A DNA stretch of 60,569 nt, the filler included, from Nemertoderma westbladi (taxonomy: Eukaryota; Animalia; Xenacoelomorpha): assembly GCA_032718475.1 (NCBI GenBank). It is 2 parts of 2 records of this genome, joined end to end, with 100 filler letters (N's around TTAATTAATTAA, not from the genome) between each part and the next. Parts side by side here need not be neighbours in the genome. Positions count along the whole stretch, not along the records: positions 29,673 to 60,569 come from JAUCBJ010007365.1; 1 more part is not named here. One strand, given 5' to 3'. The translations under genes and the position numbers were made by a program. Positions 58,584-60,569 of the stretch are shown here, one piece after another; the stretch's first letter is position 1, and every line of letters begins with the position of its first letter. Under the pieces are notes generated by a model, which did no database searches, had not been told where the DNA came from, and saw only the letters and a list, made by a program, of their open reading frames with translations.

Positions 58584-60569
58584 ATGGTTAAGCCTGAACA
58601 AAGACGTAAAATTATAAACAATACAAAAATTTCCTATTGTAATCGATCCAGAAGAAACCACAGAAATAATGAAGTTAAACGATTACTGGGTGCATTAGCA
58701 ATACGCCCACACCGACAACTCAACTGGATGGGGCAGCAAAAAGGGGGCACTTTACCTTCCTTGCCATCTACCGCAGTTACTGAGGTGGACCGTGGCGAAG
58801 TTGTCAACCTTCCCTCTTCTTCTTCAATTCCCATTCATGATGATATTCAAGCAATACCGGTAAGCATTGACAATGAAAATCCAATTTTGTCAGAAGCCGT
58901 CGAGAGTGAAGATGATGTCAGCGAGAGTGAATGTGAAATATATTCTGTGTCTTCTGAAATATCTTCAGTTGATGGATACAAGTACGACAAAAACAGGTTA
59001 TTAATCGATATTAATAAGCTTGCTATAAGTCATAATGTTAATCACACCATTCTGAGAGGATTTCTTGACATTTTGAGAAAGCATATAGACGAATCCTTGC
59101 CCAGTGATCCTAGAACTGTACTTAAACTCAACACGGGAATGGGTACCATTGTACCTGTTAAACCAAAATTTGTAGCTGGCGGCTATTTATGTTACTTTGG
59201 TATATTAAATGGCATTACTTCCATGTCGCACATTTGTAGAAATCTATGCAAAGATGTGCTTTCTGTGTCAGAAAATAACAGAATTTTGTGCTTGCAAAGT
59301 AACATTGATGGCCTTCCCATTTCTCGAAGTTCTTCAGCACAATTTTGGCCAATTATCGGCAGTTTAACAAACTGCAATCTTTGTCCACCATTTATAATTC
59401 AGTTATTTTATGGTACCAAGAAGCCGCATCCATTCAATGACTACTTAGCGCCCTATGTTGATGAAATGAAAAGTCTTCAAGAGAAAGGTTTACCTGTGAA
59501 TGATGTTAGTTGCCTGTTGAATAATTCAGGGGGAATTATTTGTGATACCCCGGCACGATCTGCAACTAAATGCATCAAAGGGCACACAGGGTATAACTCT
59601 TGTGATAAGTGCACTATTGAGGGTGAGCATTTTAATAATCGTCAAGTATTTACAGAGTTAGACGCAGAATTGCGTACAAATCATTCATTCCGAAATCAGC
59701 ACGATCCTGAACATCATAATGGAATATCAATAATAGAGAACTTACCTATTGATATGGTGTTGGACATTCCACTGGATTACATGCATCTTTGTCTTCTTGG
59801 AATAATGAAACGATTAATTACTAAAGTTTGGATGACGGGGCGATTAAAAACACGTTTATCAAAGGCAGTGTTAGATAAATTATCGCAAATTATAATCTCT
59901 ACTAGATCATGTATTCCAAATGAAATCAATCGAAAACCCCGTTCAATACACGAAGTCAAATGGTGGAAAGCCACAGAATTCAGAACATTTATATTATATA
60001 TTGGACCAGTAGTTTTAAGCAAGAATGTAGCACAGGAGGTTTATCATAATTTTCTTCTGCTTCACACAGGGATAACCATTCTGATCAGCAAAGAATTTCA
60101 TCTCAAATATAATGAATATGCTGAAATGTGCCTACGGGCATTTGTCAAACATTCAATTAAGTTATATGGAAAAGCTTGGGCATCATACAATGTCCATTCA
60201 ATCATTCACTTGGCTAAGGATGCTGCCAGATTTGGTCCACTTGATTCATTTAGCTCGTTTAAATACGAGAATGTTTTATTCCAAATGAAACGTCAGCTTC
60301 GCTCTCCTTACAAACCCTTGGAGCAACTAGCTAACCGTCTCAGTGAGCAGAGGGGTTTGCTAAAATATGCAGATGGTAGATGTACCACCCATCGGAACGA
60401 ACATAATGGAAAACATGAAATTCCTGTGGTGGAATCCACAAATACATATTTGTATTACAGAGTTTTATTAAATACAGCGCGGAATTTTAAATTATCATGT
60501 GCTAGTACATCCCCCGATAGATACTGTTACATATCATTGGAAGAAAATAATGTGTTTCCCATTGAGATT
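58584..60569 (+). CDS. EnSpm/CACTA-superfamily transposase, open to the window edge (absent from the ORF track)
   Basis: Manual translation from the ATG at 58584: LPSDPRTVLK, NIDGLPISRSSSAQFWPI, YGTKKP, ICDTPAR, KGHTGYNSCDKC, PLDYMHLCLLGIMKRL, RKPRS..WKATEFRTF, YNVHSIIHL, FGPLDSFSSFKYEN. No stop found. Confidence 0.9.
   Translation, partial: MVKPEQRRKIINNTKISYCNRSRRNHRNNEVKRLLGALAIRPHRQLNWMGQQKGGTLPSLPSTAVTEVDRGEVVNLPSSSSIPIHDDIQAIPVSIDNENPILSEAVESEDDVSESECEIYSVSSEISSVDGYKYDKNRLLIDINKLAISHNVNHTILRGFLDILRKHIDESLPSDPRTVLKLNTGMGTIVPVKPKFVAGGYLCYFGILNGITSMSHICRNLCKDVLSVSENNRILCLQSNIDGLPISRSSSAQFWPIIGSLTNCNLCPPFIIQLFYGTKKPHPFNDYLAPYVDEMKSLQEKGLPVNDVSCLLNNSGGIICDTPARSATKCIKGHTGYNSCDKCTIEGEHFNNRQVFTELDAELRTNHSFRNQHDPEHHNGISIIENLPIDMVLDIPLDYMHLCLLGIMKRLITKVWMTGRLKTRLSKAVLDKLSQIIISTRSCIPNEINRKPRSIHEVKWWKATEFRTFILYIGPVVLSKNVAQEVYHNFLLLHTGITILISKEFHLKYNEYAEMCLRAFVKHSIKLYGKAWASYNVHSIIHLAKDAARFGPLDSFSSFKYENVLFQMKRQLRSPYKPLEQLANRLSEQRGLLKYADGRCTTHRNEHNGKHEIPVVESTNTYLYYRVLLNTARNFKLSCASTSPDRYCYISLEENNVFPIEI

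Overview
AT-rich, transposon-dense animal (probably invertebrate) nuclear DNA. It consists of two contigs joined by an artificial 100-bp N/TTAATTAATTAA/N spacer at 29573-29672. Host genes: intronless ALG11 (6420-7874), a three-exon orphan type-I membrane protein that I reconstructed by hand (12656-14471), an intronless rhodopsin-class GPCR (26520-27482) and an intronless MFS transporter (34129-35469). Mobile elements: (1) a complete 5.64-kb TIR element (1-5640, TACGG...CCGTA ends, IS3EU-like) with an intact DDE integrase and a convergent, frameshifted HECT-type E3 ubiquitin ligase cargo gene, which is the most striking system here; (2) a very young Gypsy LTR element (42574-50092; 465-bp LTRs, TCTC TSD, tRNA-Pro PBS) nested in a deleted BEL/Pao element; (3) an apparently intact EnSpm/CACTA transposase running off the right edge; (4) relics of a second IS3EU-like integrase, Ginger/Gypsy integrase, MULE, non-LTR RTs, MITEs and tRNA-derived sequences. 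There are also several tandem arrays with 10, 17, 26, 36/38 and 42 bp units. All family assignments come from motif recognition by eye; no database searches were run.
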